In this document: one piece after another, positions 1 through 13,979 of the stretch
How positions within the stretch are numbered: the stretch's first letter is position 1
Layout of the letters: each line of letters begins with the position of its first letter
Assembly: GCF_964355755.1 (NCBI RefSeq)
Contig: NC_092676.1
Span: 28,352,871-28,416,870, forward strand
Reading direction: 5' to 3'
Source: Antedon mediterranea
Lineage: Eukaryota > Animalia > Echinodermata
Length of the DNA: 64,000 bases
The notes under the pieces: generated by a model
Database searches by the model: none
What the model saw: only the letters and a program-made list of their open reading frames with translations
Told to the model about the DNA's origin: nothing
Made by a program: the position numbers and the translations under genes

Positions 1-681
1 TTTTCATCAGGCAATTCACAGAATATAGAATGTCACTACCCCATAATGCTGCACCTAGAACAATTGATGTTTAGTTTTCATTATTTTTCAATAATATTGA
101 TACTGGCCATATGGTTTGATGTTTTCACAACTCAAATATTTCGATGAGAACTCATTATAGGCCTATGTAATAAAAGGTCGTAATTCAGCTTTTATTTAGT
201 TTACTGAACGTAAATAATTAAGCATAAATGAAATTAATGGAATCAAAAGGACGTACGTTCACAAAAATAACATTAAAAAAAACACAAGTTTTAACAGTAA
301 ACATTGTGCTTCATCAGATTTATTATTTGTATTGATACATTTAGGGACTATATAAAATATAATATCGAATTGAATTTATATTTTACGCTGGCTATAATTG
401 TAGGCCTATCTTCTTGACCGGCATTTTATAAACGTTGCTATAAAATAATAAACGCAATTATTGATGTTTTTAAGAATTTAGTAAACAAACAAAAGACCCA
501 CACCTCATCCGAACATAGATAATATTTGTATTTTTGGTTTTAAGTGCTTCAAATGTATTATTTTAACCTTTAATTTTATACATAATTATTATAAACTATT
601 ATATTAATATATTTACTAGAATCCTATAAACACAAAATTAATGTAGTAGTTAATGTGTTTTATTATTCCGTACTTCTTTAG

Positions 682-2032
682 CTGAGTTCATTAGCCACGG
701 CAGTATGGTGTTCATATCTAATAATGAGTCTGGTGAGCTATCAATGTCAACACTTCATCTCATCATCATGTACCCGCTAGCTAGGACAGTGTACAATGAA
801 TTCAACAAGGATCTTATATTTCTGCCATACAATACGCAAGGTAACATTTTTGCAAAAACATATTTATTCTTTCTGACATTTGATCCAGTATTGATTTTAT
901 TCCAAGTAATAAGGAATGATTTGATGTGCACACTAGGTCTTTTGAAGTTATCTGTTATAACATTACACCAGAAGTACATTATAATGTTTTATATTGACAT
1001 GGCAACGCTGATGACTCGTACTAGACACAGCTGTTTGTTGCTTCTCATTTATTAAATATTGATTTTATTTCAAGTAATAAGGAATAATTATGATATGCAC
1101 ACTACCTCCTTTGAATTTATCGGTTATAACAATACACCAGAAGTGCATTATACATGTTTTATGTATCTGTTGCCACAGCAACGCTGATGACCCACGCTAC
1201 ACATTGTTTGTTTTTTTGTCTCTTCTCATTTATCAAATTACATTCAATATTATTTTGCGGGTTAATGCTCCTGCAACATTGATCCATTATTGATTGTATT
1301 CAAAATGATATAGAGTGACTTTGATGACTAATAAACCTGAAGTACATTGTACATGATGTATATAGTCGTTGCCACAGCAACGTTCATTATTTATTTTTAT
1401 TATAACAGTAGTAGAGTTGTGGCTTGGTGGCTACTAATTCGAGGGTCCTGGGTTCAAGTCCTGTCATATGTCAGGATTTTTTCTAATGACAATTTACAAC
1501 TCCACTCCCAAAGACTTGTAATAAGACTTTGTTTATGTAAGGCATCTTGTGTAGATGTTTGTCTTGTGAACAAGATTGTCACCTTTAAGAAGGATAGTGA
1601 ATGAATTCGCTTATGGTTATCGTTGGCAATTTGCCTAAATATATAAAAGAAAGAAATAAGGAATAAATGTTATCAAAAGAACTGAGTATGTCCTAGAGTC
1701 CAATATAATTTCATATTTTTTTTAACGTAATTCTACAAAAACATCAAACTGTAGACCTATAATTCACAGACATAATTATTTACTATTTTTTGTGTATTTC
1801 AGATATCATCATAATTGTGGTATGGGTGGTGCTCATATTTGCAGGATTAACCACACAACACTTTCTCACACGAAAAGACCGACGCGACTTTCCCGAATGC
1901 CCGGCCAAGTTATACGCAAAAACAAATGAATTTTTAAACACAGAAGAACAACAAATTCCACCAATAGTTGACGTTACAGAACGAACACCACTTTTACAAA
2001 ACACAGCAAGTTCAATAGATAAATATGAATGA
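682..2032 (+). pseudogene. TM7SF3: TM7SF3-like penultimate exon (682-840) and terminal exon (1803-2032), copy 1; penultimate exon frameshifted
   Basis: Splice sites are ttag|ctg..caag|gtaaca and tttcag|atatc. The exons read LSSLATAVW.SYLIMSLVSY/SMSTLHLIIMYPLARTVYNEFNKDLIFLPYNTQ|DIIIIVVWVVLIFAGLTTQHFLTRKDRRDFPECPAKLY...ERTPLL, which parallels the TM7SF3 C-terminus as I recall it (..VPFQTN|DFIILAVW..FPPHPYKLW..ERTPLLL). The exon is 159 nt and lacks the tgta present in copy 2, so the frame breaks. Confidence 0.8.
1409..1660 (+). mobile_element. tRNA-derived SINE (family A)
   Basis: Head has tggcttggtgg (A box) and ggttcaagtcc (B box). The body gacaatttacaactccactcccaaagactt and an A-rich tail follow. 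Homologous minus-strand copies lie at 30830-31028 and 58960-59270. Confidence 0.8.
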
Positions 2033-4504
2033 TATTATATGTAAAATGTTATATATAAAATATAAGTATAGGCCTAAGCCATTAAAATATTTTGTCAGCC
2101 CAAAACGCCCTCCCCTACTGAGACTTCAGAGGTTGTCTGCACCTATTTTTTTTTCATCAAATCTACAAAATGTCACTTACTTGCAAAATGCAATAACCTA
2201 TATATTATTAACAGATAAGGTCTTTTGTATGTTTTGGATAAAAAAAAATGAATTTACTACTTAATGTTATGTAACATTATTGCTAACGGTTAACAGAGTT
2301 AAACATGTTTTTCTTAATTATTCACAAACCTCTATTATAAGCCATTTAAATATTTGTCAGCCAGAAAATCTATCTACTGAGAATTACCCACATTTTTCAT
2401 TGTTGTCTGCAGCTTTGTTTTTTCATCAAATCTACAAAATGTCATTTCTTCTTGCATCCAATCCAAAATGCTTATAGTATCCTGATTGTGGATCCTAGTA
2501 TGTATGGTAATCAACACACATGACATTTACATGTTGTGGTTAAAAGAAACATATTAACCAACTTTCTGTTAATTAATCATTAATTATTGTGGACTTGATC
2601 TTGTTAATGAATATAGTTAAGTAGCAGAGGTACACATTAGATCCAAAGTGATTTAGCAGTAATAACTTCATCGTGATCAACTACATTTATTTTTTGACAT
2701 GTTAGGCTATAATGTATATTAATTAAATAAATCATACTGCTGTCTTGCCATTTCAAAAAGAAATTATGTTTTAAAACAATTTTATTAGAAAAGCTGTTTA
2801 CAATTGTGTTACTGTATATATGCAGAACAGAATGTTTGGAGACAGAGAGACTCGCTCATTATTTGGTCATCAATTTGTATATAAAGTATTTGTATGATAA
2901 CCAAACATAAATAGAATAAAATTAAGTTATATATAGTTGATAGATATCATAGCAATTTGGTTGTATATTTCTGGTAAAAGTATCATTTTTAGCAATTGCT
3001 TTAACAAATCTTCTAACTTCAACATGCAAGTAGTATTTCTACTACTGTTAAAAGAAGCTTATCATTTTTCTTAATCAAAATGTATATACTAGTTTTGATA
3101 AAAAGGTGAATACATTGCTCTATATTATGATGTATTATGTATCTGTTTCTAGACAGCCCATCTCAAAATTTGTTTTCTGAGATTTCGCCTTTCTTAATTA
3201 ATTTAATTTTGGTTTCTTATTTATTGACATTTTTTTGCAACTGAGAAAAGAAAAATAAACAAACAATAAAACAGAGAAAAACTGAAATTGAATCAGAGTT
3301 AATATATACTGTCTTGCTTAACTTGTTCAGTACAGTTATTGCGATATACAATAAACCACTCGAATGATGATATAATCAACTCATTCCAACACAATATAAG
3401 ATACTGTAGTTATTTAGAAATTAAAAATAATATATTCTGCCTTCAAACTCTTCGTATCATCATTTTGTTACTGTATTATATGTTATGTTAGAGTATGTAA
3501 ATAAATGTTATGTAATTTTTTTTTTAATAAATAGATATCAATAATGTGAAAAGATAAAGATGAGAAAAAAAGTATAATGCCGGGAGATATTCTCGTTCAC
3601 CAGGGGGAATTCACACCCATCCATGGATAACAAGTGTTTCTGTTATTGTAGAATAATTACTGATGTTTCAATTGTTTTGCATAAATATTTTTTTAACACC
3701 AATGGTTTAGGCCTAAAAATCTTTTAATTTTCACAACTCAGATATTTCTGTGTTTAATCGGTGTTTTAAATGACACGTTGTAGAACAGTCTCATAATGCT
3801 TCATCAGGCCTATAATATGTTATTGATGTATTTACTTGTTATCAATCCGTTTTCATCAGGCAATTCACAGAATATAGAATGTCACTACCCCATAATGTTG
3901 CACCTAGAACAATTGATGTTTAGTAGTTGTACTTTATTTTTCAATAATATTGATACTGGCCATCTGGTTTGATGTTTTCACAACTCAAATATTTCGATGA
4001 GAACTCTTCGTTTATTAAATGACACTTACATTATATGTACAAAAAGGTCGTAATTCAGCTTTTACTGAACGTAAATAAGTAAGCATAAAGGTAATTAATG
4101 GAACCAAAAGGACGTACGTTCACAAAAATAACATTTTAAACAAAAACAAAAGTTTTAACAGTAAACATTGTGCTTCATCAGATTAATTATTTGTATTGAT
4201 ACATTTAGGGACTATATAAAATATAATATCGAATTGAATTTATATTTTACGCTGGCTATAATTGTATCTTCTTCACCGGCATTTTATAAACTTTGCTATA
4301 AAATAATAAACGCAATTATTGATGTTTTTAAGAATTTAGTAAACAAACAAAAGACCCACACCTCATCCGTGAACAAAGTGTTCAAACGTATTATTTTAAC
4401 CTTTAATTTTATACATGTTTATAAACTATTATATTTATATTTTCTAGAATCCTATAAACAAAAATGTAGTAGTTAATGTGTTTCATTATTCCGTACTACT
4501 TTAG

Positions 4505-5345
4505 CTGAGTTCATTAGCCACGGCGGTATGGGGTTCATATCTAATAATGAGTCTGGTGAGCTATGTATCAATGTCAACCCTTCATCTCATCGTCATGTAC
4601 CCCCGCCACCTAATAGGACAGAGTTCAACAAGGATCTTGTATTTTTGCCGTACACTACACAAGGTTTTGCAACAAAGTTTCCCTTCCTGAAATTTGATCC
4701 ATTATTGATTTCATTTCAAATGCAATGATTATGATATTGCACACAGGTCCTTAATTTATCGGTTATTTATAACAATTGCAATCCGGCCCAGAAGTACATT
4801 ATAAATAAGTTATTGTGTGGGCACGACAACACTAATAACTCATACCACTACATAGTTGTTTGTTGCTTCTCATTTATCAAATTATATTTTTACATGAAGA
4901 TACAATATCTTTACAATCTGTTACAAGTTATTGTTCCTGTACCATATTTTATTCAAAATAAAATGGAATGATTTATGGTGACTAGGTCCATTTTAATTCA
5001 TTGAGCACATTGCACATTACATATATAGTATTTTATAAGCAGAATTATTAGTCTACTGAAGATATCTGTTCAATACAAATTATTGTTCTTTCACCATTGA
5101 TCCATTATTGATGTATACACGTATTTATATATTTCAGATATCATCATAATTGTGGTATGGGTGGTGCTCATATTTGCAGGATTAACAACACAACACTTAC
5201 TCACACGGAAAGACTTTCCCGAATATGCGGCCGCCAAAGCAGGTTAATTTTTAAACACAGAACAACAAATTCCCCCATTAGTTGATGTTACAGAAAGAAC
5301 ACCACTTTTAAAAAACACAGCAAATTCAATAGATAAATATCCAGT
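4505..5345 (+). pseudogene. TM7SF3: TM7SF3-like last two exons, copy 2 (4505-4663 and 5138-5345)
   Basis: Near-identical to copy 1. The penultimate exon has a frameshift and the terminal exon has an in-frame TAA after KAG. Confidence 0.8.
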
Positions 5346-5354
5346 GAGAATACA

Positions 5355-5918
5355 AACAACTAGAGGGTACTCCGAGAGTACAAACCTCCGCCTACTGTAA
5401 AATTCCCTACATAAAATGCCCCCTGAATATTTTTTTTTTACATTTTTTTTATTAGTTCTAAGTGTAAATATGTTAACTGCACACTACAAAGTTGTGGATG
5501 ACTTTTCACAGTTGAGATCGCTGGTTCAAGTCCCACCGAGATTTTTTTTTTTTTTTATTATTTTTTTTATTTCTTTTTTTTTTTTTTTTTTGTGGACCTT
5601 GATCTTTGACCCTGACCCTTCAAAATTTAACCACAATTATATGATGTGTCATTGATCATTGTGGCTAAGTTTGGTGAGAATCGGATAAAAACTGTGGTCT
5701 CTAGGTAGTAAAATAGTTTTTTGTTAGTTGTGACCTTGACCTATGACCTTTTCCCCTCAAATTCGAACTCGTCCGAGCTTTTGGGGCATAGATCATTGTT
5801 GCCAAATTTGGTGAGAATCGGATAAAAACTGTGGCCTCAAGGCTGTTCACAGACACACACACAAACACACACACACACATACAGGGGTGAAAACATTACC
5901 TCCTTGGCGGAGGTAATT
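5355..5918. mobile_element. Non-autonomous Helentron-type element (HINE/DINE-1/Tsp-like)
   Basis: Subterminal inverted repeat cctccgcc (about 5385) and ggcggagg (about 5906), terminal stem-loop ttacctcc-ttggc-ggaggtaa, a (CA)n microsatellite at about 5848-5882, and tandem core repeats tgaccttgac/ttggtgagaatcggataaaaactgtgg. Confidence 0.7.
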
Positions 5919-8900
5919 ACTAGAAAATCAAGAAAACCTATTGCATAGTTAAAGGCCATTTAAATATTTGTCAGCCCAAAACGCCCTCTACTGAGACTTA
6001 CCCACATTTGACCATTACTCCAATTTACAGAGGTTGTCAGCAGCTATGTTTTCACTGTCATAAAATATACAAATAAACGTCTTCATTACTTTTTACATCT
6101 GACACAAATTGATCACTGTATCCTGATTTTGGACCCTAATAAGTATGGTCGACACAAATAACATTTACATATGAGTTGTGGTTAAAAGAAACATATTAAC
6201 TAACTTTTACTGTTACTTATTGTGGACTTGATCTTGTTAATGACTAGTGACTAGTATAAGTTAGAGAACAGGAGGAGTAAACTTTTAAACCAAAGTGACG
6301 AGTGTATTTCTTACATGAACAGTAACTGGGAAGTCATTATGAAAATTATGAATAAAATTTCTTGAATCTTGAATCTTGAATCTTGAACAAGTACTTTTAA
6401 CTGTTATGCCATAATGTATATTACTTATAGAATCGTATTGTTGTCTTGCCATTTACATGTTAAAACCAATTTTATTAGAAAATGTGTTTACAATTGTGTT
6501 ACTGTATAAATATATATATGCAAAACAGAATGTTTGGAGACATATATAGACTCACTCATTATTATAATGCACCGTCTTTGATCATCATTCTGTATATTGC
6601 ATGATAACTAAGAATAAATATTGTTTGTATATTTCTGGTAAAAATATTATTTTTAGCAATGCTTTAACCAATCTAATAGCTTCAACATATAATAACTATT
6701 ATTGCTGATAGCTTATCAATTTCTTAATCAAAATGTATATATATTAGACCTGATTAGTAAAATATTTGGTAAGTTTGGATAAAAAGGTGAATAGCCTACA
6801 TTATTTTATATTATGATGTATTATGTAACTATTTCTAGACAGCCCATCTCAAAATTTGTTTTCTGAGATTTCGCCTTTCTTAATTTGCTCATATTATTGT
6901 TATCTTGTTTATTGACATAGATAGACATATAGATAAACTTTATTCGTCAAAAATTGAATATACTGAGAAAATAAAAATAAATTTGACTTGAATTCAATAA
7001 TATCGGTACAGGGCCATCTGGTTTGAATTATTTTTCACAACTCAAATATTTCGGTACCTCTTCCCTTTTAAATGACACTACAGATATTATGCCAAAAAGT
7101 CTAGTTCACATTTTAATGAACAACTTACGAAGTTTGTTTTATTTTTATTTTTTTTTTTCCAACTGAGAAAAGAAAAATAAAGTTGACTTGAATTGAATAA
7201 ATTTTAATTGACAAAAGAGAAAAACTGAAATGGATTCACAGTTATTGTACTACTGTCTTGCTTAACCTTTTCATTACAGTGTATTGCAATATAATGAACC
7301 ACTCGAATGTATGATATAAATAATGTGAAAAGATAAGAACAAATTATGCCTGGGATAGTCTCGTTCATCAGGGGAAAATCGACACCCATCCATGGGGTAA
7401 GTGTTCCTGTTATTGTAGAATAATTGATGTTTCAATTGTTTTACACATTGTTCTCAGATAACACCAATGGTTTAAATGTTTTAAAATTCACAACTCAGAT
7501 TGTCTGTGTTTTAATCGGTATTTTAAATGACACGTTGTATAAAAGTCCCATACATGCTTCATCAAACCTATTACTATGTTATTGATGCATTACCTGTTAT
7601 CAATTCGCTTTCATCAGGCAATTCACAGAATATAATGTCACTAAAGCTACCCCATAATGTTTCACCTAGAACAATTGGTGTTTTTGTACGCTACCTTTCA
7701 ATAATATCGGTACTGGGCCATATGGTTTGATTGATGTTATTAACAAATCAAATATTTCGGTGGCATAACTGATTGTGGGTCTGAAGAGGCGAATTATCCT
7801 ATTTTATATATATCCAACCCAATAAGTGGAAATTATATGCTTCATCAGATTTATTATTTTATTGTTAACTTAGTGCCTATATAAAAATATAATATCGGAT
7901 TATTATTTATTTATTATATATTGACTATAATAATAAACATTTGTTTTAAGAATTATAAATTTTGTAATAAACCCAATAAAATATGTTAGTAAACAGAAGA
8001 CCTACCTCATTTTTCTGCATTGCCTTTATCGCAGTATGGTTTTAAATGTTAATAACACAATTTCTGCCATTGATGTTTAAAATAAGATTTACTTTAATTC
8101 CACTAATGATTTTTTAATCGGATACTCATATTAGGAGTTAATTTTTATATCGGTTAATTTTTATCGGTTAATTATGGGTTAAATGTTGGCTGCGGAAACA
8201 CGACTAGGGAGGGTATATTTATTTGTTTGTGGGGTGGGAGTATTTTTTTGTTAGCAGGATAACATCAAGTCGGATCTTTACCACATTTCCACAGATAATA
8301 ATTGCCAGATACTTCAGCCATATTTTCATTTTAGCGTAGGCGCAACTCTTGTCCAATAAAAAGTGACGGCTCACTCCGCCGTAAATAGAATCGATTACGT
8401 AATATAATTCGAATGCTGAAATAAATAAGTGAAAACATAAAGATGAGAACATCTGATTAATTAGCAATTAGAAGAAAAGTAAAATGCGAAAGGATGTTCT
8501 CCTACCGCGGGGGTAAATTCACACCTTTCCGTATGTTTCTCCTCCTTGTTCACAAACCTAATGGTACCAATCCAATTGCATTACGGTACGTTACATAGCC
8601 CATGGAAATTAATTAATTAATCCATGCATAGCCTTTCCAGTTTTTTCTATGAATTGGAATTAAATACACACAATATCTATAAGTATGCATATACCAGCGT
8701 TCCTGTTATTGTAAAATAATTGATTGTTTGCAGAGATTGTTCGATACTTGGCCATCTGTGGTTTAAATGTTTTCATTTTCTCATACATTCTTTTTATCAG
8801 GCTATTATATTATTGATGCATTGATGTATTAAATCCTAAAATGCAATAACTATCTATTATTATATAAGGGATACAATATTTTACAGGCTGTCTAGAATAT

Positions 8901-9280
8901 TAGGTATCCTCGTAGCAGATTGCACCCCCGCCTAAAATATAACAGTAATAAATATCTATTATAAGGGATACAATATTTTATGGGCTGTCTAGAATATTAG
9001 ATATCCCGGTCACAGATTGCGCCCCTGTAATATAACATGGGAATGATGTATGATGTCCAGGTCCATTTTAATTTATCTGGTATACTATAATACAAGTAGA
9101 ATGTTTTAAAAGTACAATAATAAATATAAGTACATTGTTTGTAGCCATCAATTGGCACAATGCTCGTTATTTTGTAAGCAGAATTATAGTCATATAGTTA
9201 TAGGCATATAAAGATACAATATGTACAATCTGCACCATTGATCCATTAATGATGTATACACTTATTTTTATATATATCAG

Positions 9281-9380
9281 ATATTACCATGGTATGGGTG
9301 GTGCTCGTATTTGATTAACAACAAAATAACTTTCTCACACGCAAGGACTTCCCGAACGCCCTAAACAAATGAATTTTTAA
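9281..9380 (+). pseudogene. TM7SF3: TM7SF3 terminal-exon relic, copy 3
   Basis: cag|atatt..ggtatgggtggtgctcgtatttg..ctttctcacacgcaaggacttcccgaa, with deletions. Confidence 0.7.
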
Positions 9381-11159
9381 TAAAAAGGTAAATACAATCA
9401 TTTTATATTATGTATCTGTTTCTTTTCCTAACCCTACCCATCCCAGCGTTTTCTTTCTGGGATTTGCCGTCATAATTCGCTTATAATAACTGTTTTCTTG
9501 TTTATTACAATAAATAAATGTTACTTTGAATTGAATTAATTGAAATTATTATAATTGTCACCAGAGAGAAACTTTAAATAAGAAATGGAATTAGAGTTAT
9601 TGTACTGTCGCTTAACTTATTATTGCTTTCGTATTTTATGTAGTATAGAGTGTTTATTAAGTATTACAATACTGTACAATAAACCACTCGAATACTGAAA
9701 TAAATAATGTAAAAAGAGGAAGATGAGAACATTACATTAATTACCAATAGACGTCTAATTAGAGAAAGAGTAAATACCAGGGATGTTCTCTTTCACCAGG
9801 GGGTGTTGACACACATCCCTGGATATAACAAGTGTTCCTGCTCTGTAGAGTAATTGATGTTTCAATTGTTTTACACATTGTTCTCAGATAACACCAATGA
9901 TTTAAACGTTTTAATTTTCACAACTTAGATTTTCTGTGTTTTAATCGTTGTTTTAAATGACACTCTGCATAAAAGTCTCATAATGCTTCATCAGACCTAT
10001 AATATGTTATTGATGCATTTACTTGTTATTAATCCGTTTTCATCAGGCAATTCACAGAATATAGAATGTCACTAAACTATAATGTTGCACCTAGAACAAT
10101 TGATGTTTAGTTGCTGTACATTATTTATCAATAATATCGATACTGCCCATCTGGTTTGAATGTTTTTTTTGTCATTTCGAATGTTACGGTGGGAACCGCT
10201 CGTTTAGGTTCACAATATAAAAAAAAAACATAACAAAAAAAGCAACAAAAAAAAAGATTTAACAGCAGATTTATATCCTCGTCCGATCTATTTTATTTGT
10301 ACATTTAGGCTTTGTAAAATGTAATATCGAACTATGTATTGTATTTATATTATACGATGACTATAATAATAATAAACGCAATAAATGTTATTAAGATTTT
10401 AGTAAACAGATAGGGCCTACTCTCTGTGTGAATGTGCGAGGCATACTATTTGAATTTTTGTTATTAAACGAAAAATAAGTATCTATTTAAGTAAATATTA
10501 CTCGCACTCATTCAATATCGACTAAACGTAAAGATATATAATACACACATTAAAAAAGTAAATGCAATATTGAAAAAAGTATCAAAAGACGAATCATAAC
10601 ATAGATGATGCAATCTGAACCAATTGAAGAAAATGTTAATTGTAACATTATTTTTCATTCTGAATTCAAACATCCATCTTACGTACTATATCTTATGCTA
10701 GTTTTTATTAGCCTATGATTAGCATAAACAGTTAATTTATCTTAGTTTTATCTTTATAGATTCTTTAATTTATTTTAAATTTTAAAAACTTCGGCCTAAA
10801 ACATTTAATATTAAAAACGGATGGCTTCACTTATTTGTTGGTAGGAGTAGGCGTAATCATTCGTAATTTCTATCCAAATAGCAGATATACATGAATCTTC
10901 CTAAAATATCTCATTTAAAATTTATTGTAAACAACGAAAATGTACATCGCGCAACATACACATAGCGCGACCGATATAAAAAAAAAATCATAGCTGCTGC
11001 CGATAACACATAATTATACCTCTTTTGGAACTAATGTAGTTTCGTACCCACCCTATACAATTATTGTAAAAAATAAATATATTTTATTAATAATTAAGCA
11101 CTCTTCAGAAGAATACGTTCCTTCAAAAAGAACAATTACCATTCATCCATACAACTACA

Positions 11160-11318
11160 AAGGATATGAAGGGACGTTTTTGCACAGTTAAACTGGATGG
11201 AATGATTGTTATTGCATGGCACTGTCAAGAAAGCACAACTAGTAAATATACTGCAAAAATTAAAAGTGTAACATGGTTTCAACAACTTCAGCGGTACGCA
11301 TTTACCCTAGTAGAACAT
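11160..11318 (+). pseudogene. EEP-family gene relic (closest to the catalytic-motif subtype), cut by a MITE
   Basis: Translates GRFCTVKLDGMIVIAWHCQE...FQQLQRYAFTLVEH, matching GRHCTVKLDDCVVIAWHG...KQLRLYAFDLV of the 47095 ORF. Confidence 0.8.
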
Positions 11319-11320
11319 AC

Positions 11321-11493
11321 TATACAGATATTGCCTGCTTAGAGGTTAAATATAAGATTTGATTTGCCACACGAAAATTACACTGTCAATATCATCGTAC
11401 TCGAAAATTTGCTGGATTTATATTATATATATCATTATATTTTATATACTACAAAGATATATATTTAACCTCTAAGCAGGCAATATCTGTATA
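11321..11493. mobile_element. MITE with about 34-bp perfect terminal inverted repeats
   Basis: tatacagatattgcctgcttagaggttaaatata ... tatatttaacctctaagcaggcaatatctgtata. Confidence 0.8.
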
Positions 11494-11656
11494 ATATAAA
11501 CTTGATTTATTCACGAGACTAATGTGCAGTACAACTTGTTCAATCAATATTGATTGTTTTTACACAAGTTCGTGATATTACAAAAAAAAAAACAACACCA
11601 TATAAATACGACAAAAAAAGATAGAAAAAAAAATGAAATTGAAAAAAACAAAATTA

Positions 11657-11764
11657 CAGCAGAATCCCTTTAATCTGACACCTCTATTTAGGGTACACCA
11701 TACCGGTACTTCCCGTGTAAACGGAAACCCTTATCGAAGTGTATAATGTATGGGGATTCTACTG
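11657..11764. mobile_element. Tc1/mariner/pogo-type MITE
   Basis: TA|cagcagaatccc ... gggattctactg|TA. Confidence 0.65.
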
Positions 11765-12507
11765 TAGTACATAATAAATGTTTTTGTTTTCATTTACCTT
11801 AAAATAATAGTGATAAAAAACACATTTTAAAACTTAGATGTACACCATCGTAAATACCATACAATTATTTTTGCAATGCATTTCAGTGGTTATTTTAATA
11901 TGATTATGTGATACGGTAGCTGTACGAACTAATTAAATTCTGTTTACACTTGTTTTTAGTTTAGTAGTAAATAAAGTGAATTCAATTTATTTGTGAATGT
12001 TCATATGTGTATTTTATTCGTTCGATACCGATGCCCATTATTGTTACAGAGCAACGCTGTACTAACCAAAGCTACACTATCTAACGAATTGCAGACTGAA
12101 AATGCTCAACGAAGCTGTTGCCAAAGTATCTATAATTTATCATTTAGCAGTATCATGAATGAAGACAGATGAGCAACACGGCAAGTTATATGAATGTAAA
12201 CAAAAGTTTTAAATAGTTTATACACATGTGGTAATAGCAACATACTCAGTTTATCACAATTTTATAACAATAAACAAAAATGAAGATTAAAATATTGAAT
12301 ACAAGGTAAAAATAATAAAAAATAAAGAGACTAAATCATCTGTTCAATATTTCACGAACAGAACGGCGGCGGCGCCGTTTTGTTAAATAATAACATTCCA
12401 TTATTTCAGAGCCATTAATTCTAAACCACCCGGTGATATACTGACATTTAATTAATTAATTTGTAACGACGATAAAGATGAGGAAATCTGTGAGAATGAG
12501 AAAAAGT

Positions 12508-12578
12508 TGCCCCAACCGAGATTCGAACTCGGACCGTCTGCTTGATATGGAGTGTCCTAACCATTAGACCACTGAGGC
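12508..12578 (-). pseudogene. tRNA-like (Asp-like) sequence within a tandemly repeated unit of about 350 bp
   Basis: The reverse complement GCCTCAGTGGTCTAATGGTTAGGAC...CCGAGTTCGAATCTCGGTTGGGGCA has acceptor, D and T arms and a downstream TTTTT, but the anticodon stem is broken. A partial second copy lies at about 12860-12880. Confidence 0.6.
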
Positions 12579-12879
12579 TTTCATGGTATTGTTCAAACTC
12601 GATTGGATAGCGACTCTTTAACATTCTCGGCGTGGTGTGTACAACGAAACAGCGCTAGTCCCGCAATTGTACGCACGCGCACCAGAGATCAAAATTGATA
12701 CGCCCTCATCTATTCAGTATTTATATTCACAAAGCGGGATCTCCAAAGAGATACTTTTATATATATAAACACAACAGGCATAACAATTAATTCTATACTG
12801 AAATTAAATTAATTAATTTGAAACGATAAAGATGAGGAAACCTGTCAGAATGAGAAAAAGTCGCCCCAACCGAGACTCG

Positions 12880-13010
12880 ATGGTGGTGCTCATATTTGCA
12901 TGATTAACCACAAACTATTTTCTCACACGCAAGGACCGGCATGATTTTCCCGAATGCCCAGCCAGGTGATACGCCAAAAAAAAAATGTTTAAACACAGAA
13001 AAACAAATTC
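12880..13010 (+). pseudogene. TM7SF3: TM7SF3 terminal-exon relic, copy 4
   Basis: ggtggtgctcatatttgcatgattaaccaca...ttcccgaatgcccagcca, with stops; the 5' part is replaced by the tRNA-like repeat. Confidence 0.7.
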
Positions 13011-13363
13011 GACGTATAACATTATTTTATATTGGTAATTATTATGTACCGGTATCTGTTTCTGGGCAACCCATCTCAAATTTGTTTACTGTGATTTCGC
13101 CGTCTCAATTTGGTTATATTATTGTTATATTATTTATTGACATAGATGGACATAGATAAACTTTATTAGTCAAAAATGGAATTTTATTTAATATTTTTGT
13201 TATTTATTTATTTTTGCCACTGTAACTGAGAAAAGAAAAATAAACTTGACTTGAATTGACTAAATCTTAATTGTCAAAAGAGAAAAGTGAAATGGAATTC
13301 GAGTTATTGTATTCAAACTGTCTTACTTAACTGTCTTACTTAACTGTCTTACTTAACTTGTTC

Positions 13364-13681
13364 CGAGCTAAACAACCTATTTATCTCCTTGATCTTCTTC
13401 CCTCCTACACCCCTCTTACTTGTCTTCGTTCGGCTGATCAAAACCTACTACTTTTTCCTAGAATTAACACCAAATCTTATGGACAAAGGTCTTTCATGTT
13501 CTCTGCTGCTTCTCTTTGGAATTCTCTCCCTCGTCATTTTACTAAATCAACTTCTATTGCTATTTTTTAAAAAGAACTTAAATCGCATCTTTTTAACATC
13601 CAATATAAGCGCCTTTGATTTTTACTTCGGTTTAGTTGATTCTGGCGCTATACAAATACCTAAATTATTATTATTATTATA
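13364..13681 (+). mobile_element. L2/CR1-group LINE 3' end fragment
   Basis: ORF2 C-terminal motif LRSADQNLL..P..TKSYGQRSF..SAASLWNSLP, then gcgctatacaaat and a (tta)n tail. Confidence 0.85.
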
Positions 13682-13979
13682 TTGTAATATAAAATAAACC
13701 ACTCGAATGATAATACAAATCATGTGAAAAGATAAAGATGAGAACATTTAAGAACAATTGTTAAAGAAAGCTTATCATTTTTCTTAATCAAGATGTATAT
13801 ATTCGGTCTATTCATACATAATGTGAAAAGATAAAGATGAGAAAAAAGGTATAATGCCGGTGGATTTTATCGTTCACCAGGGGGAATTCACACCCATTGA
13901 ACAAGTGTTCCTATTGTTTTAGAATAACCAATGTTTCACTTGCATAAATGGTTCTAACATCTATTGTTAAATGTTTTAA

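Noticed and set aside
705-1604. Short AT-rich ORFs here and throughout the intergenic DNA
   Set aside because: They are low-complexity chance ORFs or overlaps with repeats. Only the TM7SF3 exon part of 705-1055 is meaningful.
8868-9030. Helitron call for the tatctatt..ggatacaatattttacgggctgtctagaatattag repeat (also at about 46119)
   Set aside because: The repeat is real, but no 3' hairpin with a CTRR terminus could be delimited.
12508-12578. Functional tRNA gene
   Set aside because: The anticodon stem does not pair and the sequence is part of a repeat unit.
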